Shown here in pieces: positions 1 through 12,845 of a DNA stretch of 39,900 nucleotides. The notes under the pieces are model-generated. The model searched no databases. It saw only the letters and a list, made by a program, of their open reading frames with translations, and had not been told where the DNA came from. Origin of the DNA: Trichoplax sp. H2. Lineage: Eukaryota. The position numbers and the translations under genes were made by a program. Location: NCBI GenBank assembly GCA_003344405.1, contig NOWV01000125.1:186001-225900 (forward strand). The letters are read 5' to 3'. Position 1 is the stretch's first letter; every line of letters begins with the position of its first letter.

Positions 1-2334
1 ATAGTTTGTACAATGTATTCATTGTTAACAGATATTGAAGAGCCTTAATTCTCGTCAACAATTGTAATTGAATGGGACAGTAGTAATGATACATTATTAA
101 TGGAGGGTAGAATGGTGTAACAAGCCTGTGAGTGTGCTAACAACTCGAACCTTGCTAAGTACTCTACCCAAGAGGCAATTCTATGCGATCTTATCATCAA
201 TCGCTTTGACGAAGCTTAGCAAGTAATTATAGTACATGCTATCACGTTTGCTAGCAGATATGAAAGAAGAATGGGTCAATATGTTGTGTCGTTCAATTTA
301 GCTCCTCATACAATATCGATAACGATATTTTGAAGTATTATTACGTGAATAAATTAGTTGCAAGTGCAAAATTGTATTGCATTCTACTAGGGCAATAAAT
401 GAATGCTAATCCAGTTTATAAAAAAGCTTACATTAGGTACCTAGTGGCACTGGTGAGAAAAATAATCCGGAGAGAATATTTCCTAGCATTGTTTATAAAA
501 TCATGAAAACCATATCATCTGTTATGTAACTTACTTTATTTGCAAATTGTGTAAGAATAGAAAAGGAAAGCCTTGAACAGCCAGATACGAGCATTGCAGA
601 GATTAACTCAATTTAGGCTCTTTAGCTGCCATCATAGCAATAGCAACTTATAAATTCGAGATGGTTTTCCGTTAATAAAACCTGCAGAAATATTACTGTC
701 ATAACCGTATCGATAAGAGATTCTGCTAGCTGTTGCATTCTTTTAAGTTGACACTGCTATTTGTCTACATTAGCAGCAAAAATACTGATCGTCATATACG
801 AAAAAGGGAGAAAAGGGAAAAATTGATTACGTCCTATCAAGAACGCTTAAACATTCTTTATTTTGCAATTGTGATAATCCTAATAATGAATTTTAAGATT
901 AGGCGTAAAACTCTTAGATAGTTTTAAATACGGTGAAATCCTGTAAATTTATTGCCATATTTGAAATCAGAAAATCTTTGTTACGATAATAATTATATTC
1001 AATGTCTACAATTATTGACTCAGATGGCGGCATTTCATTTAAACTAAAATCTTTATAGAAATTAGATTAATGAGGTATACTTTCATGATTAAAATATGAA
1101 ATTAATCATCATTGAACTTAAAAAGATCTACCATTGGCGTTTAAGTTTTCACTTTCTCATCCAAAGAAAGAAATAAATATATTAATATGCCTAATTCGAA
1201 AGATAGAGAATAGAAAATATAAAAGCTGTAGGAGCGATATTACAAATGGCTCATAGCTAATATGAGAATCATAGCGACAAGTAGCGACACTAAGGTTCCA
1301 AATGTCAAAGTCCAATATTCGCTACATTTTTGCGTAAACGGAGAGACCGTAAATATAATTCAGTACGTGTTTAACAGGACTCGAAAACCTTGCTTGACAA
1401 GTAATTAAAAATTAGCTGGTTCATTTAACATTGCAACAAAGAAAAAAATAGTGAATATTGTTGATACGTAACTAACAGGATCAATAGCTTAACGATATGA
1501 AATTTGGCATATAGAAAAAGGGTTGTTGTCCTTAGTATTAAGGCTTTTAACTATTTTCTTAAAATGAGGAAATCTTAAGTAAATAAATCATTAAGATATT
1601 TAGCCCGGCTTTTCTAACATTATCAATTACTATCGAATAATTACCATTTTAAAAATTGGCAATACATTAATAATTGATTAATTATCAAATCAAATCGTTA
1701 CATCTAAATCACTATAAATTATATTAGTTTAAATTGTATTCCATATATTTAAACTTTGCTCATAATTATGTTGTTTGAAAGCGTTATTGACATATACCTA
1801 TATTTAAATTACTTATCCATGCATTAATAACGATCTATTGTAATTGCTATGAAACAATACAAAATCTATATTGTAGTTGAAATATTTACGAAAAACAACT
1901 AACTACCGTATATTTATGTGTCGTAAACAATTTAAAAGTTGCAGCTACTTTCTGTAGTAATTAATACTTAAAATTGATTTATAAATTTGTAGAGTAATTA
2001 TTAACGCCAGTAGATTTTGATGTTGGACTGTAATTACAGCCTTAAAGAAATAGCAATCACCGCTTTCTATAGCTATCATTCTATAAAGTCGTTCTTAAAA
2101 TCTTTAAAGCACATTACTTTTACTGATAGATTCTCACAGGTACCATAATTACAGTTTTATAAATGGTTATCATATACTGTTGTTAATATTGTTCGTTATA
2201 ATTTATTAGATTGAAGGAAATAGATTATTCAAAGCTTAAATATATTTCAGTTGTGATTGAATACAGACTCATATAGAAAGTTGATTTGGATCAGAGTTTG
2301 GAAATATTTCGTCAGACCGTAATTTCAGGCAGCT

Positions 2335-3567
2335 ATGGAATCGAACAATACTACAAATCCTCAACACATGAGTACCTTTACCGAGAATATCTCTCTATTT
2401 AATGGTATTTTCATCGTTCCAACTATTTTAGGTACGAGAAATACTGTATCTTTCAATGTCTGTTGATAATTATTATAAATTTACTATGTTATATTCTCAA
2501 TGTATGCGAATTTCGATGATCTTATTAGCCTTTTTATTTCATTTTTAGGTATTTTGGGCAATTCGCTTGTATTTCGTACTATCTATACCTGGGATAAATA
2601 TTATACACCAACCTATATCTTGATGGCGAATATGGCTATATCTGATCTCATTACTTTGGTGGCATCATTGGCTTACTCTATCGCTAGTATCCTCAGTTGG
2701 CTATTCAATGCTTCATTATCATCATGGCCAATTACTTGTCGGGTGCTATCCTATCTTATTACCGCATTTCATGGGGTATCAAGTTTAAGCTTAACAGCAA
2801 TTAGTTACGATCGTTTTAATACCATCGTTCAGGCGTCTTTAGATCAATGTCCACCTTTTTTCCGTCGAAAAAAAGCTTTATCAATTGTTTTGAGCTCAAT
2901 TTGGATAGCTGGTATGACTTTAGCGCTTCCTTATCCGTGGATTATCACAATTGATTCGCGACTGCCGTATATTTGCGAGATAGGCCAAATTATTAATACG
3001 GCTAATCTTGTTCTTTATAGCATTAGTTGTTTATTCTCCACATTTTTACCGTCTTTAATCATTGTCATTTTGTATATTAAAGTTGTTTTGTTTATACACC
3101 GAAAGTGGCGTGTCTCGTCATCTCTTTCAGCAAAGTATAGCAAGGATGAAGAGAATAAGAAAAAAGACGTTCTGAAAATGCTTATAGTTACTACCACTAT
3201 AGCAATAATTTTTACACTTCCCCATATTTTTGTCTACGTAATAGTGACTGTATTTAATTCGACATTGTCCAATGTTATCATTACATTACCACTCTATCTT
3301 CGATACTTGCTCTATTTTACATATAAATTTAGTGTGATGGCTTGCGCCCATAGTCCACTAATTTATAGCTTGATGAATCGTAAATTTCGTCACGATATGA
3401 AAATAACTTTTCGACAAAGTTGTAATAGTTCAACTTCCTTAAACGCAAAAACATCTCATAAAGTAGGAGTTACAACCGTGGTAACTACTTGCGATGATCA
3501 TGTCAGTCGTCAAAACTTTCGATATCTTGATTCTGTCGAAATGATGGAAAAAATTGACCCCCTTTAA
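2335..3567 (+). CDS. Class A (rhodopsin-like) orphan GPCR, 2 exons (2335-2431, 2549-3567), about 371 aa
   Basis: The ORF at 2500-3567 has 7 hydrophobic segments with GN (TM1), MAISD (TM2), TM3 Cys, YDRF, W4.50, ECL2 Cys, HSPLIY and helix 8 NRKFR. An upstream ATG at 2335 encodes MESNNTTNPQHMSTFTENISLFNGIFIVPTIL (sequons NNT and NIS), joined in frame by a phase-1 GT-AG intron at 2432-2548. This N-terminus resembles that of the paralogue at 11161. Confidence 0.9.
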
Positions 3568-4776
3568 ATATGTTACACAGAAATAGATATTGTGCTACGA
3601 AGGACTTTAAGTAGGCTGCTTTAAGGAAATATAATATAGGTATTAATGATGATACTGATCAACAAAATTGATTCATTTTAAGTTAGATACTTATGAGTAG
3701 ATATTGCATTCCTTAGAACTGTACTTTTAAATTTTATTTCAACATTTATGAGCTTTTTGGCAGAAAATATCCAAAAGTTACTGATAAATTATGCCTACTT
3801 TAATAAGCTAAATTAGATATTTGTACTAGAAGTGTCTACACTGATCATTACGATTGCTATTTGAAGATCAAAATTCAATTCCATTAGCCTATCTTAGCTA
3901 GTGTTCTAGTTTAACAATCTCTGATACTGTATGGTGAGTTATAGCTATTCTCAAAATTATAACGACACAGTAGGCTAATACTAATACCAAACCTAGAAAG
4001 CCAATGTTTGATTTATACTAAATATTATGCTATCTGCGCTGTTTTAACCATCATTGCATTGAATCATTATTATGAGTCTTCAATTAGATAAATTGCAGGA
4101 ATGAGGTGAAATTAATGAGAAATATTTTATACCCTATTACTCTTACTGACTCAAGCATTATTGTACTTATAATTTAATTTAGTATTAGCTATTAATAGTT
4201 CTTATGCCAATATGCATTGCATTATAAGATGTAACAAATGCATTTTATGCATTATCTACCGTACCTATTTCGTATAGCGATGTTCACATGTTGATATTTA
4301 TTGCCTTTTATTATATTTAACTTTGAATACTTAAATAAGTGTAAGTAGAATAATACTGGTATTAATCTATTCTAACGAAAAATATTACTGAATTCGGTAG
4401 CTATCATAGTGCTTTACAAAGCGACTTTCACCGTAGCTCGTAATAGATAAATCAAGCCTATTATGCGGTGTGCACCATTGTGCTATATCTATTTTTCGTA
4501 GTAGATATATGAATTCTGTTGCTTGATGCTCAGTAGAGACGAACAGAGTCCAGCTTAGAGTATATTTAATTAAATAGTTGTACCGCATTCATCGATGTCC
4601 ATACGTAAATAAAGGAGTATAGATAGGGACCTAAGCTAATGCTTCTTATTTACTGAAATGGTGATAATAAATATAATTGGTAATTATCAGTATTTGGAAT
4701 ACAGCTTACCATAGTTGCTCTCTCCATCATCTTTGTTCAATCTACTAGCATTGCTGACAAATTCATATATAAATCA

Positions 4777-5132
4777 ATGGGAACTAAAAAGAGAAGAAAC
4801 CATCTGATATCAGCAAAAAATCTTGACAACAAGAATCAAAAAGTCAAAACTTGCAAACCCAAAAACGTAAAATAACTTTTGCTAATTATCGATATAAAAT
4901 TCTCAAGCAAGTTCATCCAGATACTGGTATTTCATCGAAAGCCATGAATATTATGAATTCATTCATTTATGATCTTTTCTATCGACCGACTAAAGAAGCC
5001 TCCAACCTAACCAAGTATAATAGAAGATCAACGATCACAAGTCGAGAAATACAAACAGCTGTCCGCTTCCTCCTACCTAGCGAATTAGCAAAGAATGCTG
5101 TTAATGAAGGGACGAAAGCTGTAATCAAGTAA
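4777..5132 (+). pseudogene. H2B: Histone H2B-like copy, probably a pseudogene
   Basis: The core [24 protein letters not shown]...[34 protein letters not shown] is clearly H2B. The ORF begins at TTG 4851; the upstream ATG at 4777 is out of frame; there is an in-frame TGA at 4824; TAA at 5130-5132 replaces the conserved Tyr of KYTSS and is followed by TRS; ERIA in helix 2 has become YRPT. Confidence 0.8.
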
Positions 5133-8100
5133 ACAAGATCTGCTCAGGACACGGTGAAAGATGATGAAATAATGATACTAACCAACAAAATATATAACAA
5201 TGATGGGCAAATATCGTAGCAATGATGGCTTGTAAGCTAAAATAAATGTTGGCTGGTTTAGCTCCGTAACTACGTAAGTAATGTTAGCTAGCCGTTCTTC
5301 TCTTCATTATCTTTTGAGAATAAATTCAAATTGTATTGCTGGAGTTATATGCTAATAATGAAATGATGAGGAAGTACAGTTTCTGCAATCTTAACGTTTC
5401 TTGTATTTTGTAGCTACAGTAGATTCGCTTGCTCCAAGGACTAATACGAGTATTTGCTATACGTATTAAGGAAATTAAAGAAGAGCAATTATTTCCATCG
5501 GAATCTACACTAATTTAAAGATTTAACTGTCATATATAAAATTACATTATAATCATATTACAATAAAATAATTTTATCTGCTAATCTGCATCTTGTGTTT
5601 CTTCAATAGCAGACGTTAATTAAATTGTAATAGCAGATATTTTGCTCTGCAAATTTCATGCATAGTACTGTAAAAGGATACGTACATCCCAATAGTATAT
5701 ATATAACATATATATATATAGATTTGAAATTGCATCGCCGCAAAGACGATAGTTGATAGAAATTTTTTATCGTCTTAAAATGCAGCATAATCAAACATAA
5801 TAAAAGATCAATTTCATCCAGAATGCGATGATTACAATCTATTGGTTTTGCTAAGGAATAAATTCAGAAAGATAATAAAAATATAACATCGTTTCAGGTA
5901 GAATAAGTTTACTCCTTCCATTACGGATATGAGCTTCTGCTATCAAATAGCGATATCACTAGCAGATTTACGTATCAACTCTCGCAACTAAGATTTGCAA
6001 AATATTATACTGTTGTAAGCAATTCTCTTCGGTTCTCACTGGATAAATGTTAAGCCGGCCTATCTTAACGTATATGTTATATCTAATGTACAACTTATGA
6101 TAATGCATTTCCGAAAATACAGCAATATAAGATTTGATTTGCAATGAATAATGGCGTTATTGATCAATAAATTTTCATATTTCTCTGGCTATCAGGCATT
6201 AACTAGAATAATATTCTAGACTACTTTTAGGCACTAAAACTGCCTATTTTCGCGTAATTTTTGCTCTTATATAAGTCTGAGTAAATGTAAAGCAAGCTAT
6301 TGCTGAGTTACGGTCGTACTTACTTTACTAACACGTATTTTGCGTAGATTCATGCTATAATTGCAATAGCGTCGCAAATCAATTTAATTTTATAAAAATA
6401 TGAACTTTTAAGCTTATAAATAAGCTATCAATTTCAAGCTTATTAAAGCTTATAACCTTTATGAGCTGGCGAATGTGATAAAATTCTTACTAAAAATATA
6501 TTTACAATTACTGAAGTTGCAAATATACGACATATTTAATTTTACTGTAGGGTAGGCGGGAAGAATAGAGCTATAAACTCTATGCGAAGCTAATAAATGA
6601 AAAACCAAGGATGCTTTTATTGGTTATTATCTTAAAAAATAATAAACATTGCTAATAAGCAGCATAATGTAGTGTTCTAAGAAGTGAATTTTGATTATTC
6701 ACTCATTTATCTATATAACTACCAATAAATTGTTTACTATTTGCTGATAGTGTCAATCTACAGCATAATATTTTAACATTTTTTGTGTCTCAGATCCTTT
6801 GCTTTAAATTGCTAAATTGGATCGTTAAAATTATAACAGTTAACGCAAACCACTTAAAACCACATCGCTTTAAAAAGTTATTTAAAAATCTACATAAGCT
6901 AGAGATACTTAAGGTATGTGTAAAAAGAAGTACGATAGTCGAAAAATTGGAATTTGCAATGCAACTGTTTAGAAAGATATAAAACAATACCAACTTCTAA
7001 GCCTTTTAAATATAATAATTATATAAATTTTACTGTAACTGTACACATAGAATTGATAATTGCTCTATGAGCTTCTTTCTATGAACGCCTTAGAATCTTT
7101 GATCATTAGTAAATATTTGACTTAATATAAATTTGTTCATTGATTTAATGTTCGTTAATGGAAATAAATTATTATATCAATATCAGTGTACCCTACTGCT
7201 GCAAAATAATTTTATCGTATGGTATTGAAAGTATTTATAATTGATACAATAGACAGAATCAGGCCGCACTAATTGGTCCTCAATTTGCAATTCTATTAAC
7301 ACTTTTCAAGATAATTATGGTAAAGAATATTCGTGTACTATGATTCTTTAAACTTAAAGTAACAGCTACAGCACTGCATATAATATATTTTGATTAGTAA
7401 TAGTAAATGAATTACTTCACGAATGTAATAAATGTTAGTAACTAACTGATACTTAGAATAATTTTCGAAAATAAAAGCAGGTCCAGGATATTGAAATTTG
7501 ATAATTTCTAGATTTACAATAATTTCAACTGGAAATACGGATACCTTAAGGCTTTCATCTAAATTTTCCTTACTAGCTTATTGTTCCCGCCAAAAAATGA
7601 TCGAAATGGGAGCGAAAGATGATAATAGTTAGATGGCTTACTTTGCTACCATATATAACTGCAAGCACTAAATTATTTAAGGATAAAATAAAGAATTCAA
7701 TTATTTTTAACGACGAGAAACATTACGTTGTCGGTGTGGAATCTATAGTTATAATACTGTATATTTTATATATTCTTCTTCTTTCATCAGCTGCATCAAT
7801 ATAACGGGAAGTAGTCTTTTATTCTTTGAATGATTAATTTTATATTATCAATTAAGGTATCAAATAAAATTCCTGGCGGACAGAAAGTATTTTATGTCGA
7901 AAATAAACCAAAAGGCGACGAGGAACAAGTAAAAATTCTAATTTCAGTTACATAAGATTATAGACAGAGTATTGGGTGCATGGAATAGTACAACAAATCA
8001 TAAGTATTACCTAGGCAACAATATCAGTTTTATTCTTTGACAGTTGCTGTAAATTTCATTTAATAATCAGGCAAAAAATATGAATACTTATACAGTAGCA

Positions 8101-11100
8101 GAGCGCGAGTAATTTTTCTACATAAAAATGATTAAGTAAAATTTTCGGAATGTATTAAAATATCTAGCTACCAATGTTTTAACCACAGCCAGCTTAGTTG
8201 CCTATCAAGAAGGGAAAGATACTACTACGGTAGCCTATGATCCTAATAAATTATTTATTAAAATATTTTGAAGCTTTACAATGATATCGGGTCATTAAAA
8301 GCTAATTGTGAGTCGTGAAATAGTTGATTAGCTGTTATTGGTTAGATAAAGAGTCACGTTGTGAAACTCCGCTCCTTGAGATACGACTTTAGAACATTAA
8401 AAATCAGCTGGAGCTATATCCATTTTTAAGTAATTGCCGAGCAATGATAGGAAGCGTAAAGTATATTACCTAGAACAATCCGTAGCGTAGCAGTAAAGTT
8501 ACTGACTATCCTAGCAAAATTTTAATTAAATGCCACTAAAGAATATCAAGATCCCTAATCATTAGAAAAGAGAACGACTTCATAAGAATACATTGGTAAT
8601 TTGATACCGAATTATAAAATTGATACAGTAAATCATTTACAGAACTACCTAAGGATGAAATAGAATAAAAATATATATTTTTCACTATATCTTTCGGTTT
8701 GACTATCTAGTTGTGAGGACTTCGATTTTATCGAACATTATTTTTTCTAAAAGTAAAGCGCCACGATAATGTCAATTTGAATTGATAGCATCTATATTAA
8801 TATTAACTCGCGAAGTATTAAGTAAGCTATTAAATGTACTTTCATCTAGAAGTTACTAATAGTGAGAAAGTTACAGAAAATGGAACTTAATAAAAAATCG
8901 AATGAAAATATCTTTAAGTCAAAATCTTACTTCTTACAATAAAACTTCTTTCAGATTCGGTAGACGATAAAACATTACATTTAAGGGATTAGATTCGCTT
9001 ATTTGTCATCATCACTTCTTTATTTTTTATTAGAAATATCAATGATGATATTCAGTTAGATGATAAATAGATTATTGTATCTATACAGTTATTTCACACG
9101 AAATAATCAGCTCTGGATCTGTTGGTGACAAGTTAAGTAAATAAAAGTTGATAGTTTTTCGAATATTGAAAGTTTATGTCTATTTGCTCATTTCACTTTC
9201 AACTGACATAGCTAAAATATGATATGACTTAAATAACAGCTTGACATGATTGTCGTATTGTTCTATGTTGGTTAGTATATTGTAAGTAGTTTTATTCATA
9301 CCATTGTTTCAACCAGGTTACAGTAGATTGTTTGATTTTAAATAATGGAGACACCTATTTTCTTATAACTTCTCAGTTAATAAATTTAAATCCTGACTTT
9401 TTATTCGCAGCCTTGCTTAATATTTAGTCTTAAATTAATCAAGCTATTAAATGTATGAGGTGTTTTAACTTACGGTTGTACAAATTTGAGATCCCGTTAT
9501 AAATGTTGATAATGATGCCTAGTGTAGAAAGTGATAGGTGCTACCACTATTAGGTAGTACTTTTAAATTCATATGTGTAAAGATTATGCAGGAGATTAAT
9601 AGTACTTTCTGTACAAGCTGTATCGCATAGTACATTATAGAATTTTTCCTAAATACTAGTTAATGCAATCTAAGTTGAATTTGTATAAAATGAATTAGTA
9701 ATGTAGCGTTTGATTACTGCTATAGATAGTATCGTAGCATTCATAGTCTTTAACCTTAAATTATGTTATAATTAATATTTTGCTAAAAGGTTTAACTGAA
9801 ATCGTGTAGTAATTTTTCATATCAATGATTCTGAGTTAGCTGATTTACAGTATTGTAAATGATATTTCTTACCCACAATTTTTATGACGTTGTCAATCAA
9901 AATTTACCTACTGTAAGAAGTTCTCGGGCAAATGTAGAGATAGCATATTAGCAAAGTATAGAACTTTATTAAGACTTATAAGTGCGAACTAATAAAATAT
10001 GACAGCAACGGTGATATACAGTATATAATCTATCATGGAGTATTCTAAAACTTATTAGTAGTTATTATAATATACATAGAATGAGTATTCTAGAAGGCTC
10101 TACAGGCATGTGAGGTTCGAATACGTGCGCATCTAAGACTAGCTCTTACCAAGTCACTCTACCGATACTATGATACCTACACAAATTGATCAAAGGTCAA
10201 TGCTTTATTTAAGAAAATGATCAATCCTTCCATTGAATTAATGCACGTAGTCATTTTGAATCAAATATCGACAACATCTTAACGCAAGTATAGAATTTTA
10301 ATTAGATACTGTAGGTTATAAAGTTTAGCATTAAAAACATCATCATATGCTAATCAGTCTTAATAAAGTAAAATTAAATGTTAGAGTTGATAGTTGATTG
10401 TTTTGTCTAAGAGTTGATTATGCTCCGTGAGTTCGCAAGTCTACTTGGAAAAATGGCTTGAAAATTGAATAAGAAATTTATGACTAATATGTAGTTAGTT
10501 CCTCATTCACTTAAAGCAGTTTAGTTAATGTTTCATTTTGAAAATTAACTGAGACAGTAAATATAGCTTGCAGCTTATGATGTACATTCTTAAATGTTGA
10601 ATTGCATACTCTATCATTTCGTTTGGATAATATAGATAGGTTAGAACCTTTGAAAGAGAAAGTGGATGAGACTACTGCAACTACAGAATCCAAGCCCAAA
10701 GTGATTAAAGGTCCGGGATATTTTCCAATATTTAGCTAACTGGATGCTGAGTAACCAGTGAAACCTAATAAAGCTTACAATAGGTATCTTTTACTTCATT
10801 ATCTAACTTTGTCAAGAATTTCTTTGCTTCATAATTTGATACAGTGTTACTGAAATATTACCAGACGGTATATGGTTACGTCGACCGGCTATTTTTAAAA
10901 AGATTCCTTCTTCAAAATTTGATATTTTAAAATGACAGGATCGAATGATTCATTAACTTTAAAATTCATCCAGGCGATATTCAGCATTATTATTCTTCGT
11001 TAGAGAACATATAAGAACAGTATCGCAGTTTTAAAATATTGTTATCAAAATTGTCTGAGTACTATTCAATTGAGACTGGAATTAAATCAAATTAATAAAT

Positions 11101-11160
11101 TACTACGACGGATGATAACTTAATTTATTTTGAATTGAGACCATCAAATTTAATAGTGAA

Positions 11161-12201
11161 ATGGAATTAACTAACATGAGCAATACTACAATTCAATCTT
11201 TAAGAGTCATTAAAATAAATTCCTTAGTCTTCTGCATCATCTTCTTGGCTATGGCTAGCATTGGAATGATATGGAATTTTGTGCTTTTTCGCACCATTTA
11301 TAAACTCAAAAGATATCATTCTCCAACATTTATTTTAATGGCTCACATGTCTCTTTCTGATTTCATTTGTCTAACAACTAATTTCTTATATATATTTATT
11401 AGTACTATATCTAGCTATATCGGTATATCCTTAATTTTACTTAGCATTTTATGCAAGATTCTCATTTTTATTGCCGTAATTGCCTATACAACATCAACAC
11501 AATTGCTAATTGCAATCAGTTTCGATCGATTTAATACAATTGTCCAAGCGTCACATCAACATACTATTCCCTATTTTCGTAAAGGTAATAACCTTCGAAA
11601 TTCTATTTTAGTCATTTGGTTAGCGGGTATTTGCATGGCTCTACCTCAAATTTGGTTGATTGATGTCAACCCACGATTTCCATATACTTGTGATAATCGA
11701 GAAATTCATTACATATTTAATATCTTTTATTATTCATTGGGATTTATTACTATTTATTTAATTCCATTCATCATTATGGCGTTATTTTATGCTAAAGTAA
11801 TTTTATTTCTACGTTCATCTTTTGGAGTCAATCAGGATAAATTCAATTATCTGCAGCGGAAACAGGAAGAGCATAAGAAGAAGGAGATTGTTCACATGTT
11901 AATAATAGTAACAGTCTTATTTATGCTTTTAACCTTTCCCTTTGCTATCATGCTAATGATATTATCATTAATTGGTAAAACTCTAACTCGTATTATATTA
12001 TATTCTCCACATTATGTTATATATATGATGCAGATTGCATATGGATTATCAATTATAGTTTGTTTGCAAAGTCCAGTCTGTTATATTATCTTTAATGCAC
12101 AGCTCCGTCAAGATATGATTAGCTACGTACGACAGTGTTATTCATTTACAATCTTCAGAAAAGGGAATTTAGTTATGGTCACTAGTCACAACTCTGTTTA
12201 G
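11161..12201 (+). CDS. Class A (rhodopsin-like) orphan GPCR, intronless, 346 aa; paralogue of the 2335-3567 gene
   Basis: 7 TM segments, N-terminal sequons, MSLSD, FDRF and QSPVCY. Shares FRTIY, PTxILMAxM, DRFNTIVQAS, PYxC and MLI with the upstream receptor. Confidence 0.93.
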   Translation: MELTNMSNTTIQSLRVIKINSLVFCIIFLAMASIGMIWNFVLFRTIYKLKRYHSPTFILMAHMSLSDFICLTTNFLYIFISTISSYIGISLILLSILCKILIFIAVIAYTTSTQLLIAISFDRFNTIVQASHQHTIPYFRKGNNLRNSILVIWLAGICMALPQIWLIDVNPRFPYTCDNREIHYIFNIFYYSLGFITIYLIPFIIMALFYAKVILFLRSSFGVNQDKFNYLQRKQEEHKKKEIVHMLIIVTVLFMLLTFPFAIMLMILSLIGKTLTRIILYSPHYVIYMMQIAYGLSIIVCLQSPVCYIIFNAQLRQDMISYVRQCYSFTIFRKGNLVMVTSHNSV

Positions 12202-12845
12202 TCAAAATGATAGCTTACTATTGCTATACAATGTAAATTATCTACTAACTTTACTGGCTTTTCTGTTATGGTACAACCCTCAAATAGATAAATAGATTGT
12301 AAGAAATCACTGAGTGATTTGTAAAGGTATAAGATTGACACTCTTATACGAGATCATAGATTCTCTGAAATCTCAAGATTGTATTAAGTGCATATCCGCG
12401 CTAAATAGTTACTGTAAATGTTGAAGGTTTGATTATAAATATTTTATTATTAAGGTGGTTTGAAGGAGTAAATGTTACGGTGTTACCTTACCGTTAGCAT
12501 AGTTTGATAAGTACAGTAGTAGATAATATAGAAGATATCCATATTTGTACTAATAGGTAAGATAAGTAATATCTTAATTTGGATATTATTTGTGATAGTT
12601 TATTACATATTTGATATTAATTGTAATTGTGTGATGTATAGTGGTAAGATAATTCAAGTTCTAGTACTACCCACCGTCCCTTGAAACGAGCATCGCGGGG
12701 TTATTTATACTACTGTTAGATGGCTGTGATTATGGGTTCATTTCAATAGGTCAGTATAAGATTCTTACAGTAATTTTTACCTCAAGATTTCTTCATGTAA
12801 AACGAATAGCTCTAAGGTAGTAATTTCTGCAGAGTACTGATTATT

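Noticed and set aside
30..700. Stop-interrupted frames that look faintly protein-like on +
   Set aside because: No recognisable motif or consistent frame; cannot support a pseudogene call.
6408..6458. Cluster of AAGCT(T)A motifs
   Set aside because: Short, irregularly spaced low-complexity repeat; not an array with repeat-spacer structure.
733..10699. Short ORFs at 733, 3015, 4385, 5603, 6785, 6790, 7619 and 10511
   Set aside because: 60-67 aa, several with non-ATG starts, AT-biased composition, no motifs; 3015-3197 is antisense to the GPCR.
10600..10740. Open frame (...RLEPLKEKVDETT...GPGYFPIFS*) and a GGGATATTTTCC resembling a kappaB site
   Set aside because: No start or homology for the frame; the motif does not fit the 10-bp GGGRNNYYCC spacing.
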